The notes beneath the pieces were generated by a model that did not search any database, had not been told where the DNA came from, and saw only the letters and a list, made by a program, of their open reading frames with translations. DNA of 64,000 nt from Stegostoma tigrinum (taxonomy: Eukaryota), in assembly GCF_030684315.1 (NCBI RefSeq), contig NC_081387.1:26530647-26594646 (forward strand), in the 5' to 3' direction. Position numbers and translations under genes: made by a program. Below are positions 50,545-61,259 of the stretch, piece by piece. Numbering within the stretch: position 1 is the first letter of the stretch; every line of letters begins with the position of its first letter.

Positions 50545-52010
50545 TGATCTCCTCTTATCACAGTCATCTACATAGGAACAGGCAGATGGAGGAAATTAGA
50601 TATTGCTGATGAAATGCACTGCTGAACGCAGGTTACAAATTCCTGTCTAAGGTCATCGCCCACTGGGTCAGGTCAGCTCTGGGATCAGTGATTCGCCCTG
50701 ACCAAACCTGTGCTGTACCGAGCAGGATGATCTCTGAGGGTCTCGTGCTCCTCATGGATACAATCCCCTATGGGCAGGACTGGGCTGTGGATTCCTGCCA
50801 CATTAGCCTGGCAGGAGAAGGCCATTGGCATGAGATTGTACACTTACATGTGGGACATGATCTCCAAAATGGGCTTTGGGGAAGGAATCTGCAGTTGGAA
50901 CTGACTGCTCTATACCAAAATCTTTAGTGTAGTCTCAATCAATGGGTGGGAACCAGAAAGCTTCCTGATCAGGTAGGGCTGCCCACTCTCTTCTGCCTTG
51001 TTTGTGTGTTGTATAGAGCCATTTCCTGAGTCCATCAGGAAGGATGTGAGCCTGAGGGGTGACTATTCCAGGCAGCAGAGTCCTACAGGTCAAAGCCTCC
51101 CTGTATACTGGATGTCATCACCAGTTTCTCCTTGGATCCACTATCAATGCACAGACTCATGAGCATCCACGACCAGTGTGAACTGGCCCTCAGTGGCCAA
51201 GGTAAATTGAGGCAAGACTGAGGCCCTGTTCTTTGGGAAATGGGCCAACTAATTCTTAATCCCCTTCACCACCAGGACAGATTACCTGTAGGTGATGGGA
51301 ATATGGTTCGGATGGGCTGTGACATGTGCAAAATCTTGGATGGAGCATATTACCAAGATGAGGCAGAACAGCTCTTTTGAGAACACTGCTCCCTATGCAT
51401 TGCTGATACAAACCTGGTTATCAGTTGTGAGGCACTCTCTCTGTTGTGTACATGGAATGGGTCCGGCCCATTTCCAGAACCTACGCTAATGCAGTCACCC
51501 AAGCCACCTTCCATTTCATCCTGAGGTCTAAGACAGACCGTGTCTGCAAGGACTCAATGTCTGAAACTCTGAATAAATGGGGTTAGAACGTAACCAACAT
51601 CCTGATGGCCACCTTTGTGCGTCGCTGCTTCAAACTTTGCGTAGATCCTCAGTATGCAAACACCAAATGTATTGAGGTTCTACCTGTCGCTGACGGTGCA
51701 AAGTTTGGGAGTGGCCTCGTGGCTGTGGAATGGTTCAACTAATCGGACCATTCCATATCACCTGCACCTGGAGCATCATTTATTCAGTGAAAGATGCTTT
51801 TTGGTCCATCTAAAAATTTTGGTTTTCCACGAGTTGATCTTCACCGAGCATGGCAGACTGCACATTCCAAGGTTCAGGACTACGTGCTGAGGGACACACT
51901 AAAGCTTGAGGCAGCTGCCGCTAACAAGAAGAGGGAAAGACCATTGTCTGAGGTCTTCCTGCTGAAGTTCAGTGATGTCCATTCAGTTATCAGACCCTCC
52001 CGGTGCCACA
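50545..52010 (+). mobile_element. Decayed L1/Tx1-clade LINE (paralog of 36980-39730)
   Basis: IRPDQTCAVPSRMISEGLVLLMDTI; same 5' junction with a CR1 tail. Confidence 0.75.
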
Positions 52011-52149
52011 AATATATGTAAATATAGTCTTGTAAAGGTAAGAAATGCATTTGGATTGCTCTTATTCTCCCTCCCCCATTTCTGAAGAAGGATCCCGACC
52101 CAAAACACCAGCTTTCCTGCTCCTCTGATGTTGCCTGGTCCAACTCAAT

Positions 52150-53470
52150 AGCCTAATCCTGGTTTCTTCACATAACCTTTAATTCCATTTGTCCGAAGTG
52201 CTATATCTAGTTGTGTCTTGAATGTATTCAATTACTTCCTGTGGTAATGAATTCCACAGGCTCACCACTCTTTGGGTAAAGAAATGTCTGCTCATCTCCG
52301 TCCTAAGTGGTCTACCCCGAATCCTAGACTGTGACCCCTGCTTCTGGTCACACCCACTATGGGGAACGCCTCCCTGCATCTACCCTGTCCAGTCCTGTTA
52401 GAATTTTATAAGTCTCTATGAGATCCCCCTCATTCGTCCGAACTCCAGCAAAAACAATCCTAACCTAGTTCATCTCTCCTCATACGTCAGTCCCGCCATC
52501 CCCGGAATCAGCCTGGTAACCATTCATTGCACTTCCTCGAGAGCAAGAGCATCTTTCCTCAGAAAAGAGACCAAAACTGCACACAATGTTCCAGATGTGA
52601 CCTCACCAGGGCCCTGTATAACTGCAACAACACATCTCTGCTCCTGTACTCAAAACCTCTTGTAATGAAGGCCAACAGACCACTTACCTTCTTTAACACC
52701 TGCATGCTTCCCTTCAACAACCGGTGCACAAGGACACCCAGGTCCCACTGCACACACCCCTCTCCCAATTCACAGCCATTCAGGTAGTAATCTGCCATCT
52801 CGTTTTTGCTTTCAAAGTGCATAACTTCACATTTATCCAAATCATACTGCCTCTGCTACTGATTTGCCAACTCACCTAACCTGTCAAGATCATGCTGAAG
52901 TATCTCTGCATTCTTGTCACAGTTCACCCTCCCACCCAACTTGGTATCATCTACAAACTTGGAGATGTTACAGTTTCTTCCCTCATTCAAATCATTAATA
53001 TATGTTGTGAATAGCTGGGTCCCAGCGCCAACCCCTGTGGCATCCCACTAGTTACTCACCACCAATTTGAAAAGGACCCATTAATTCCTACTCTTTATTT
53101 CCTCTCTGCCACCCAGTTTTCCATCCATCTCAATACACTTTCCTCAATCCCATGCACTTTAATCTTGCACAATAATCTGTTACGCATGCCTCTGACAAAT
53201 GCTTGCTGAAAATCCAAATTTATCGCGTCAACTGGCTGCTCCTTGTCAACACTGTTGGTTACATTTTGATAGTATTGCAATAGATTTGTTGAGCATGATT
53301 TCCCCTTCATAAATCCATGCTGACTCTGTCTGATTGTGCCTGTGCTTTCTAAATTTTCTGCTATAAAATCCTTGATAATTAATTTGAGAATTCTCCCCAC
53401 TACCAATGTTAGGCTTACTGGTCTATAATTTCCTGTTCTCTCTCTACCTCCCATTTTTAATACTGGAATG
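52150..53470 (-). mobile_element. CR1 LINE 3' ~1.3 kb
   Basis: GNYRPVSLTLVVGRIL...SQHGFMKGKSCSTNL, LYRALVRSHLEHCVQFWS. Confidence 0.85.
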
Positions 53471-53474
53471 ACAG

Positions 53475-54020
53475 TAACAGAGTGGCATGCTGAGGACAAA
53501 CATGTGGGCATGCAGGCAAGACACTGTGTTAAAATAGGCAGCTACAGGAAGGTTGGGGTCACGGGTGTGCACATATTGGAAGTGTTCTGCAAAGCGGTCA
53601 CCCAGTTTGTGTTTGGTTACTCCAATTTGGAGTAGGCCACTTTGGGTCCAGTGAATACAATATACAAGATTGGAAGAGCTATAGGTGAATTGCTGCTTCA
53701 CCTGGAACGACTGTTTAAGCCCTTGGATGGTGAGCAGGGAGGACATGAAGGGACAGGTGTTGGTGGTTGTGAAATGGACTAGTGTATCCCAGAGGTACTA
53801 ATCCTTGTGAAATGGAGACAGGGAGAGTGAAGGGAAGATGTGTTTGGTGGTAGCATTTTACTGGAGTTGTCTGAAATGACGGAAAATGATCCTTTGAATG
53901 TGGAGGCTGGTGGGATGAAACATGACAACAAGGGGAACACAACCACACTGCTGTGAGTGATGGGAAGGTGGAAGCACAGGTGATAGGTCATCATCCAACT
54001 GAGGGCAATGCCACACAACC
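53475..54020 (-). mobile_element. Old Penelope fragment
   Basis: LVYCIHWTQSGLLQIGVTKHKLGDRFAEH. Confidence 0.7.
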
Positions 54021-54175
54021 AAATCTTGGGGATGCTGGAAATCAGAAATAAAATTAGAAAATGTTGTAAATCTTCAGCAAGTCAGGCAGCATCTGTGGAC
54101 AGTGAGTCAGAATGAAATACTACGGATGCTGGAAATCCTGGAAGAGAGTGGATCTTGTTCTCTATCTTCTCACTG

Positions 54176-54292
54176 CACCTGATGAATGAGCTGCACTCTG
54201 AAAGCTTGTAACTTCAAATAAACCTGTTTGACGATAACCTGGTGTTGTGTAACTTCTGATATTGTCCACCCCAGTACAACACCAGCACCCCT
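54176..54292 (+). mobile_element. Short repeat beginning with a decayed hammerhead-like motif
   Basis: cac-CTGATGA-a-tgag(ctgca)ctct-GAAA-gctt-gta followed by a sequence I recall as a common shark repeat terminus. Confidence 0.45.
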
Positions 54293-54752
54293 ACATAGAG
54301 GCTTCTCCAACGATACAAGTAGCTCAATACAGCATGTTATGGAATTGCAGCTTTGTCACCCTTCAGCGTATGGATTTCCCATTCAGGATTTCATGTTCTG
54401 GGTGTAGAGATGGAAACACAGAAGAATCCCAGCTCAGGACTGGGAAACAGGTGAATGGATGAACAATAAACTGGAATGGGTGGGGTGAGGGTTGAAATTT
54501 GACTGAAGCAGGGAGTAAATGAGACACACAAGAGATTTCATGTCCTTGTTATTTTCACCATCTGACATTTATACTTGGATAAGATTTATTTACGCTTTGG
54601 TTGTGATTTTACAAAATATAGACTTGAAATTCAACGACACATTTTGTTGTCAATGGGGATTTCTGATCCCAATCCCTGACCTCTGACCCTAATCTCAGGA
54701 TCATGACATTGTGACCTCAGGGAGGCTCCAAGGCCCTCATCCTTTCACATTT

Positions 54753-55279
54753 TCAGATCCAACCGGAGCAGATTCTCAGAAACTGGTTTTCCAACCAAGT
54801 CATGAAGAAAGGATAAAGTTTCTCAGTGAATTTATTCCCAGTAAAGGTGTAGAGATGGGACTTGGTGTCCGCATTGTAAAATGAAACTGTCCCAGATTCA
54901 TAACTGAGATAAACTCCCACGTTCCTGGGGACCTGATTGACAGGGAGAGTGAATTCAGGGAAGTTTACATAAAATTGATTCCAATCCCGCCAAATGATCC
55001 AGAATCCGTTCTCCGGGTTCAGGCTGACACGTCTCTTCCTCTCCACAGACTCTGCAGCTACTCCCAGACTCCAGCACTGATTCCCCATCACCTCCACCAC
55101 CCAGTAATGTCTCCCTGATGTGAATCCCTCTGATCCCAGGGCACAGGGACGGAACCAGTCTGTAAACCTCTTCCAGGTGTCAGGGAGGCTCCTGGGAATC
55201 TCAGTCTGTCCCAAACTCTTCAGGTCCTCAGAGACCTCGAGCTCGGGATTTGCTGTTTCCACATCCAGGGTCACAGAGA
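54753..55279 (-). CDS. PRY-SPRY (B30.2) terminal exon of a TRIM/butyrophilin-like gene
   Basis: Acceptor ttttttccttccAG (55280-55281), phase 1; SVTLDVETANP...RF...GFTSGRHYWVVEV...VGVYLSYESGTVSFYN...LYPFF; TGA at 54753; AATAAA (minus strand) at 54585-54590. Confidence 0.9.
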
Positions 55280-55761
55280 CTGGAAGGAAAAAACAGAGAA
55301 TTAGAGACAGTCCCTGTGTGTGTGCGTGTGGAGGAGCGTGGGCACATCTGTGTGCCCTTGTGAATCACAGCACAAACTGGAGGAACAACATCTCATCTTC
55401 TGACCAGGCATTTTACAGTTTTGTGGACTTGATATTGGGGGAACATGTGTGAGTGAGGTTGTGTGGGTCGGTATGGGTGGGATTGTGTTTGAGCAGTGTA
55501 TATGTTCATTGGGTATGTGTATGTGTTGGGTGGATGTGTGTATGTGTACGTGGGGAGATGTAGACGTAGGTGAGTCTTGGGAGAATGTGTGGCTGGGGAG
55601 ATGTGCCTGTGTATGTGTGTGTGGGGTGGGAAGTTTGTGTTGAGCACAAGTATATAGGTCAGCATCATATTCTGAAGTGCAGTTTGAGGCAGCTAATAAA
55701 TGTGGATCTTGAGAGCTGCAAATTTTTTTAAAAATTCAAAAATAAATTATTCAAATTAATG

Positions 55762-57110
55762 TAGGAGCAAATTACTGCAGATGCTGGAATCTGTTCTGAA
55801 AACAACAAATGCTGGATATAACAGCCAATCAGACAGCATCCATGGAGAGAGAGCAAGCTAATGCTTCGAGTCGATGTGACGCATCAACAGAGCTGAAGTG
55901 AAGAGTGTAGGAGGGAGCGTTTATGCTCTAGTTTGGAGAGGAGTGGGGTGGTCTGGATGCTGGGAGCAGTGTGCCGGTGAAGAAAAGATGTTGACAGTTC
56001 AGATTCAGTGAACCAAATGTGAGAATGGTAGAACAATGGGAGATAACAAGAACAACAGATGCTGGAGGCAGAGTCTAACTCAGTGTGGAACTGCAGGAAC
56101 AAAGCTGGTCAGGCAGCATCAAAGAAGTGGAAAAGTTGATGTTTCAGGTCGGGACCCTTCTACAGAACAGTGGTGAGTCTCCTGCCAGACTTGAAAGGGT
56201 AGTTAAGTGGGGGGGGAGAAGAGGACATGATAACAAGTGAAAAGAAAGGGAAGAAATGTTCCCAATTTAAAGGTGTTGAACTCAGTATCAAGTCCACAAA
56301 ACTGTAAAATGACTGGTCAGGAGATGAGATGTTGTTCCTCCAGTTTGTGCTGTGATTCACTAGAACACTGCATTATGCCAAGGGACAGACATGTGGGCAT
56401 GCGAGCAGGACGCTGTGTTAAAATGACCTACAGGAACGCCAGGGTCCTGCTTGCATACAGACCGGACGTGTTCCGCAAAGTAATCACCCAGTTTGTGTTT
56501 GGTTTCTTCAATATAGAGAAGGCCACATTGGGTGCAGTGAACACAATAAACAAAATTAGAGGGGGTACATGCAAAATGCTGCTTCACATGGCAAGACTCT
56601 TGGAGCCCCTTGGATGGTGAGCAGGTAGGAGATGAAGGTGCAGGTGTTGCTATGGGAAGGTGCTATGGACACAGGGAGCGGTGTTGGTGGAATGGACTAG
56701 GGTGTCCTGGAGGGAAAGACCTCTGTGAAATGCTGACGGGGGAGTGAGTGAAGATGTGTTATGGTGGTGTTCTGCTGGAGTTGTCTGAAATGGCTGGGAA
56801 TGATCCTTTGTGGAGGCTGGTGGGATGAAAAGTGAGGACAAGGGGAACCTGATCATGCTGCTGCAAGTGATGGAAAGGGACAAAGGTGGATACTTCGGGT
56901 GATAGGTCGGATGTGGTTGAGGGCCCTGTCAACCACAGTGGGTGGGAAATCACAGTAATGGAAGAAGCAAATCATGTCAGCAGCACTGTTTTGGAAGGTG
57001 GCATCATCCGAATAGGTGTGATGTAGGTGAGGGAACTGGAAGAATGGGATGGGGTCCTGACAGGACGTGGGGTGTGATGTGCTGTAATGAAGGTAGCTAT
57101 GAGAGTCAGA
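55762..57110 (-). mobile_element. Old Penelope copy
   Basis: FVYCVHCTQCGLLYIEETKHKLGDYFAEH and a pLTR matching 24881-25020. Confidence 0.7.
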
Positions 57111-57390
57111 GCTATGGGATTCAGGCCTCTTATAGCTCCATAAATTTCTAACTCTACTGCTTTTATGTTATTCTAGCCTTTTTCAAGCTTTCTCCCTCAG
57201 TTTACAACCACTGGAATATTGCTACAGCTGCCTCAGTGAGAACAAGCTCCTGTTTGTTCAAGTCCCACTGACATTCATTATTTCCCAAACTCATGTGGGA
57301 GTGAAATGTGTTTTCACAAAACTGAAAGAGGAATTGCTGACTCTGATCTCAAAATACCAATTAAATCTCCCGAAACCCAATGTCATCAAA

Positions 57391-57563
57391 AGGAACAAAC
57401 ACAGAAGTTGCAGGAAAAGCTCAGCAGGTCTGGCAGCATCTGTGAAGAAAAGTCAGAGCTAACATTTTTTCTTCACAGATGCTGCCAGACCTGCTGAGCT
57501 TTTCCTGCAACTTTTGTTTTTGTTCCTGATTTACAGCATCCGCAGATCTTTCAGTTTTTATTT
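57391..57563. mobile_element. Near-perfect hairpin element (arms 57391-57451 and 57467-57527, plus tail)
   Basis: ~60-bp inverted repeat, same family as 24238-24434. Confidence 0.8.
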
Positions 57564-57612
57564 AGTAATTGAAAAGAAAGCAGTTGGCACTGACTGGACT
57601 GATGTACTGGGA

Positions 57613-58774
57613 TAATAAAATGTGAAGCCGGATGAACACAGCAGGCCAAGCAGCATCTCAGGAGCACAAAAGCTGACGTTCCGGCCTAGACCCTTCATCA
57701 GAGAGGGGGATGGGGGGAGGGAACTGGAATAAATAGGGAGAGAGGGGGAGGCGGACCGAAGATTTAGAGAAAAGAAGATAGGTGGAGGGGAGAGTATAGG
57801 TGGGGAGGTAGGGAGGGGATAGGTCAGTCCAGGGAAGACGGACTGGTCAAGGAGGTGGGATGAGGTTAGTAGGTAGGAGATGGAGGTGCAGCTTGGGGTG
57901 GGAGGAAGGGATGGGTGAGAGAAAGAACAGTTTAGGGAGGCAGAGACAGGTTGGACTGGTTTTGGGATGCAGTGGGTGAAGGGGAAGAGCTGGGCTGGTT
58001 GCGTGATGCAGTGGGGGGAGGGGACGAACTGGGCTGGTTTTGGGATGCGGTGGGGGGAGGGGAGATTTTGAAACTGGTGAAGTCTACATTGATACCATTG
58101 GGCTGCAGGGTTCCCAAGCGGAATATGAGTTGCTGTTCCTGCAACCTTCGGGTGGCATCATTGTGGCACTGCAGGAGGCCCATGAAGGACATGTCATCTA
58201 AAGAATGGTAGGGGAAGTTGGAATGGTTTGCGACTGGGAGGTGCAGTTGTTTATTGTGAACCGAGCGGAGGTGTTCTGCAAAGCGGTCCCCAAGCCTCCG
58301 CTTGGTTTCCCCAATGTAGAGGAAGCCACACCGGGTACAATGGATACAGTATACTGTATATAGCTATTCCCCTCCCCCCACTGCATCCCAAAACCAGCCC
58401 AGCCTGTCTCTGCCTCCCTAACCTGTTCTTCCTCTCACCCATCCCTTCCTCCCATCCCAAGCCGCACCTCCATTTCCTACCTACTAACCTCATCCCACCT
58501 CCTTGACCTGTCCGTCTTCCCTGGACTGACCTATCCCCTCCCTACCTCCCCACCTACACTCTCCCCTCCACCTATCTTCTTTTCTCTACATCTTCAGTCC
58601 GCCTCCCCCTCTCTCCCTATTTATTCCAGAACCCTCACCCCATCCCTCTCTGATGAAGGGTCTAGGCCCGGAACGTCAGCTTTTGTGCTCCTGAGATGCT
58701 GCTTGGCCTGCTGTGTTCATCCAGCTTCACACTTTATTATCTTGGATTCTCCAGCATCTGCAGTTCCCATTATC
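57613..58774. mobile_element. Young fold-back Penelope insertion with 15-bp TSD
   Basis: actgatgtactggga at 57598-57612 and 58775-58789; ~400-bp inverted arms; 39-bp triplication near 57950-58065. Confidence 0.9.
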
Positions 58775-58799
58775 ACTGATGTACTGGGAAAGAGTTTTA

Positions 58800-59290
58800 T
58801 TGAACAGTGGTGACAGGTCAGAGAAGGTTCAGTCGTTTGATTCCTGGGATGAAGGTATTTCCTGGTGATGAAAGGTTTCAGGCTGAGGCTGTACTCATTG
58901 GAGTTCAGAGGAATGAGAAGTTCTTACTGAAATGTACAAAATCGTGAAGGTGCTGAAAGAGCAGATGTTGAGAGGCAGTTTCCCATCGTGGGGGAGTCTG
59001 GAACCAGGGACAGCGTTTCAAAGTAAGGGGTCTGCCAACTACCATGGAGATGAGGAGGAATTTTGTGCCTTGGGATCATTAATCTTTAGAATTCTCTCCC
59101 TCTCGAGAGCAGAGGAGACCAGGTTGTTGAGTATATTTGAAGCCGAGTTAACAGGTTTTTGATCAATGAGGGAGTCCAAGATAGTTTGAGTCAGGCAGGA
59201 AAATGGAGTTAAGGTCATAATCAGATCAGCCATGCTCTTTCTGAATGATAGAGCAAGCTCTAGGGGCCACTCCTGTTCCTGTTTCTGATG
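58800..59290 (+). mobile_element. CR1 LINE 3' end
   Basis: cagagaaggttcagtcgtttgattcctgggatg... and a CR1 tail. Confidence 0.7.
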
Positions 59291-59899
59291 TACGAATGTT
59301 CTTATGGTATTTTCATTTGTACATTGTTTTAAGTTACCAGCTTTTGAGTTTCCTTCCTTTCTGTGTGTTAAAAATAAGTTCGTATCTTACTTTCTAACTC
59401 ACAAATTCCCTTCTACCCCGGAAGCAGAAATAATAAATAGACTGAAGAACATGCTGAGATATGAAGCATAAATAATTCAGCACAAAGATTTTCACAGAGA
59501 TTTTTAAATGTGGTAGATACATGGATATGTGCGGTGGGAAAAATGTGTGCATTGGGGGAATGGGCGTGACTGCGGCATGTGTCTATGTGAGGGGATGCAT
59601 GTGTTAGTGTGTTGTTGAGTAATATGTTTGCGTGGGTGAGGTATGAGGTGGAGAGGGTTGCGCATGTGGGGAAGATCTTTGTTGTGGGATGTGTGTAGGG
59701 GGTGATCTGGTTGTCACGGTGGGAGTGGATGTGTGGGTGTGGAGAAGGAGTGAGTCAAATAGATGGAGATTGTGCCCAGAGAGAGAAATGATGGGGAACC
59801 AGACGAAGGGGCGACTGATGATAATCTGTGAGAGAGGGAAATGCTTAATGGATACAAATGGGAAATGGGAACAGGTGACAATGGGTTGTACGTGCTTAG

Positions 59900-61230
59900 T
59901 ATAACCTATAGGGAACAGGACCTAGAGGTGTGGGGGTGGGGAATGAACATGAAGGGAGGTATTAACACTCTGAAATTGTTCAACTCATTGATGAGCCTTG
60001 AGGGCTGTAAGGTACCAAGTGGGAAGATGAGGTGTGGTTCCATCAGTTTGTGATGAACTTCACTGGAGCACTGCAGCAGACCTGAGACTGAAATGTTGGG
60101 ATGGAAACACGGTGTGGTGGGGGTGTGGATGTTGAAGTGGCTGGTAACTAAAAGCACAGGATCATTGTAACTGACAGAGCAGAGGTGTTCTTCAAAGCGG
60201 TCACCCACCTCCACCCCGCCGCCGGGTCTGCATTTCATCTCCCAATGTAACAGAGACTGCATTGTGAGCAGTGAATGCAATAGACTGGATTCAGTGAAGT
60301 GCAAGTGAATCTGGAAGATGTATCTGGGCCCTTGGATACTGAGGAGGAAGGAAGTAAGTGGGTGTTGTACCTCCTGCGGGAGCAGAGCAAGGTGACATGG
60401 GGCTGTGGGGAGATGTCGGGAGTGAAGGAGGACTGGACCAGGCTTTCCCAGAGGGAATGATCCCTGTGGAATGCTGAGAAAGGAACGGAGGAGAATGTGC
60501 GTCTGGGGGTGGCATTCCACTGGAGATGACATAATTGGCAGCACATGATCTTTTGGATGTGGAGGGTGGTGGACCCTGTCATTGCTGGGGGGATGGGAAG
60601 GAGTGCTGCCAGAATTGTGGGAAATTGATCGGATATAGCCCAGTTAACCATGGTGGTGGGAAGTGCTGGGTTGAGAACACAAACATTTTTGAGGTGCCTC
60701 TGTGGAAGGTGGCATCATCAGATCTGATGTGATAGAGACAGAGAATGGGATGTGATATGCAGAGAAAGCAGGTTGTGAGATTGTATATTGAAGGTAATTG
60801 TGGGAGTTGCTGGATTTGTGATGGATATTGGTGACCAGTCTGTCCCAGAAATGGAAACAGAGATGTCAAGGAAGGGAATAGATAGTCAGAGATGGACCAG
60901 GTAAAGGTGAGAGCAGGATTTGGACAACTCTACTCCATTTGCTGCTGACAATGTCATCTCCTCTTCATTGAGAGACGAAATGCACACTGGATGACTGCTT
61001 TGCAGAGCACCTATTCTCTCTCGGTAAGAATGACCCTGCGCTTCCAGTTTCCTGCTATTTCAACACATCCCACAGTGTTGTCATGTCAATATTTCTGCCT
61101 CAGGTCTGCTGTTGTGCTTCTGTGAAGCTCATCACAAGCTAGTGGAACAATATCTCATCTTCCCCTCTGTACCTTACAGCCCTCAGGGCTCAACAATCAG
61201 CTGTACAATTTCAGAGTGTGAATAGTCTGT
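59900..61230. mobile_element. Old Penelope copy with an inverted arm
   Basis: GDRFEEHLCSV...LIFPLGTLQPSRLINELNNFR on -; a mirrored segment on + from ~60960. Confidence 0.6.
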
Positions 61231-61259
61231 TGGTTAACTCATGTTGGTTAACGACTATT

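Larger units (their letters stand above)
41535..52010 (+). repeat. Tandem duplication unit B (contains HSP70 copy 3)
   Basis: Collinear with 30125-39730, plus unit-specific insertions. Confidence 0.8.

Noticed and set aside
4149-55279. One TRIM gene joining the RBCC exons with the B30.2 exon
   Set aside because: On the - strand the B30.2 exon lies upstream of the RING exon, so the order is impossible.
57206-57321. 116-nt AG/GT-bounded segment on - matching a canonical TRIM exon size
   Set aside because: The required phase-2 frame contains stops, the donor is weak and the peptide is not TRIM-like.
57391-57527. pre-miRNA hairpin
   Set aside because: The arms are repeat-derived pLTR ends and cannot be called a miRNA without small-RNA data.
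57950-58065. 39-bp triple repeat as a CRISPR-like array or host coding repeat
   Set aside because: There are no spacers; it is an internal tandem expansion at the end of the Penelope ORF.
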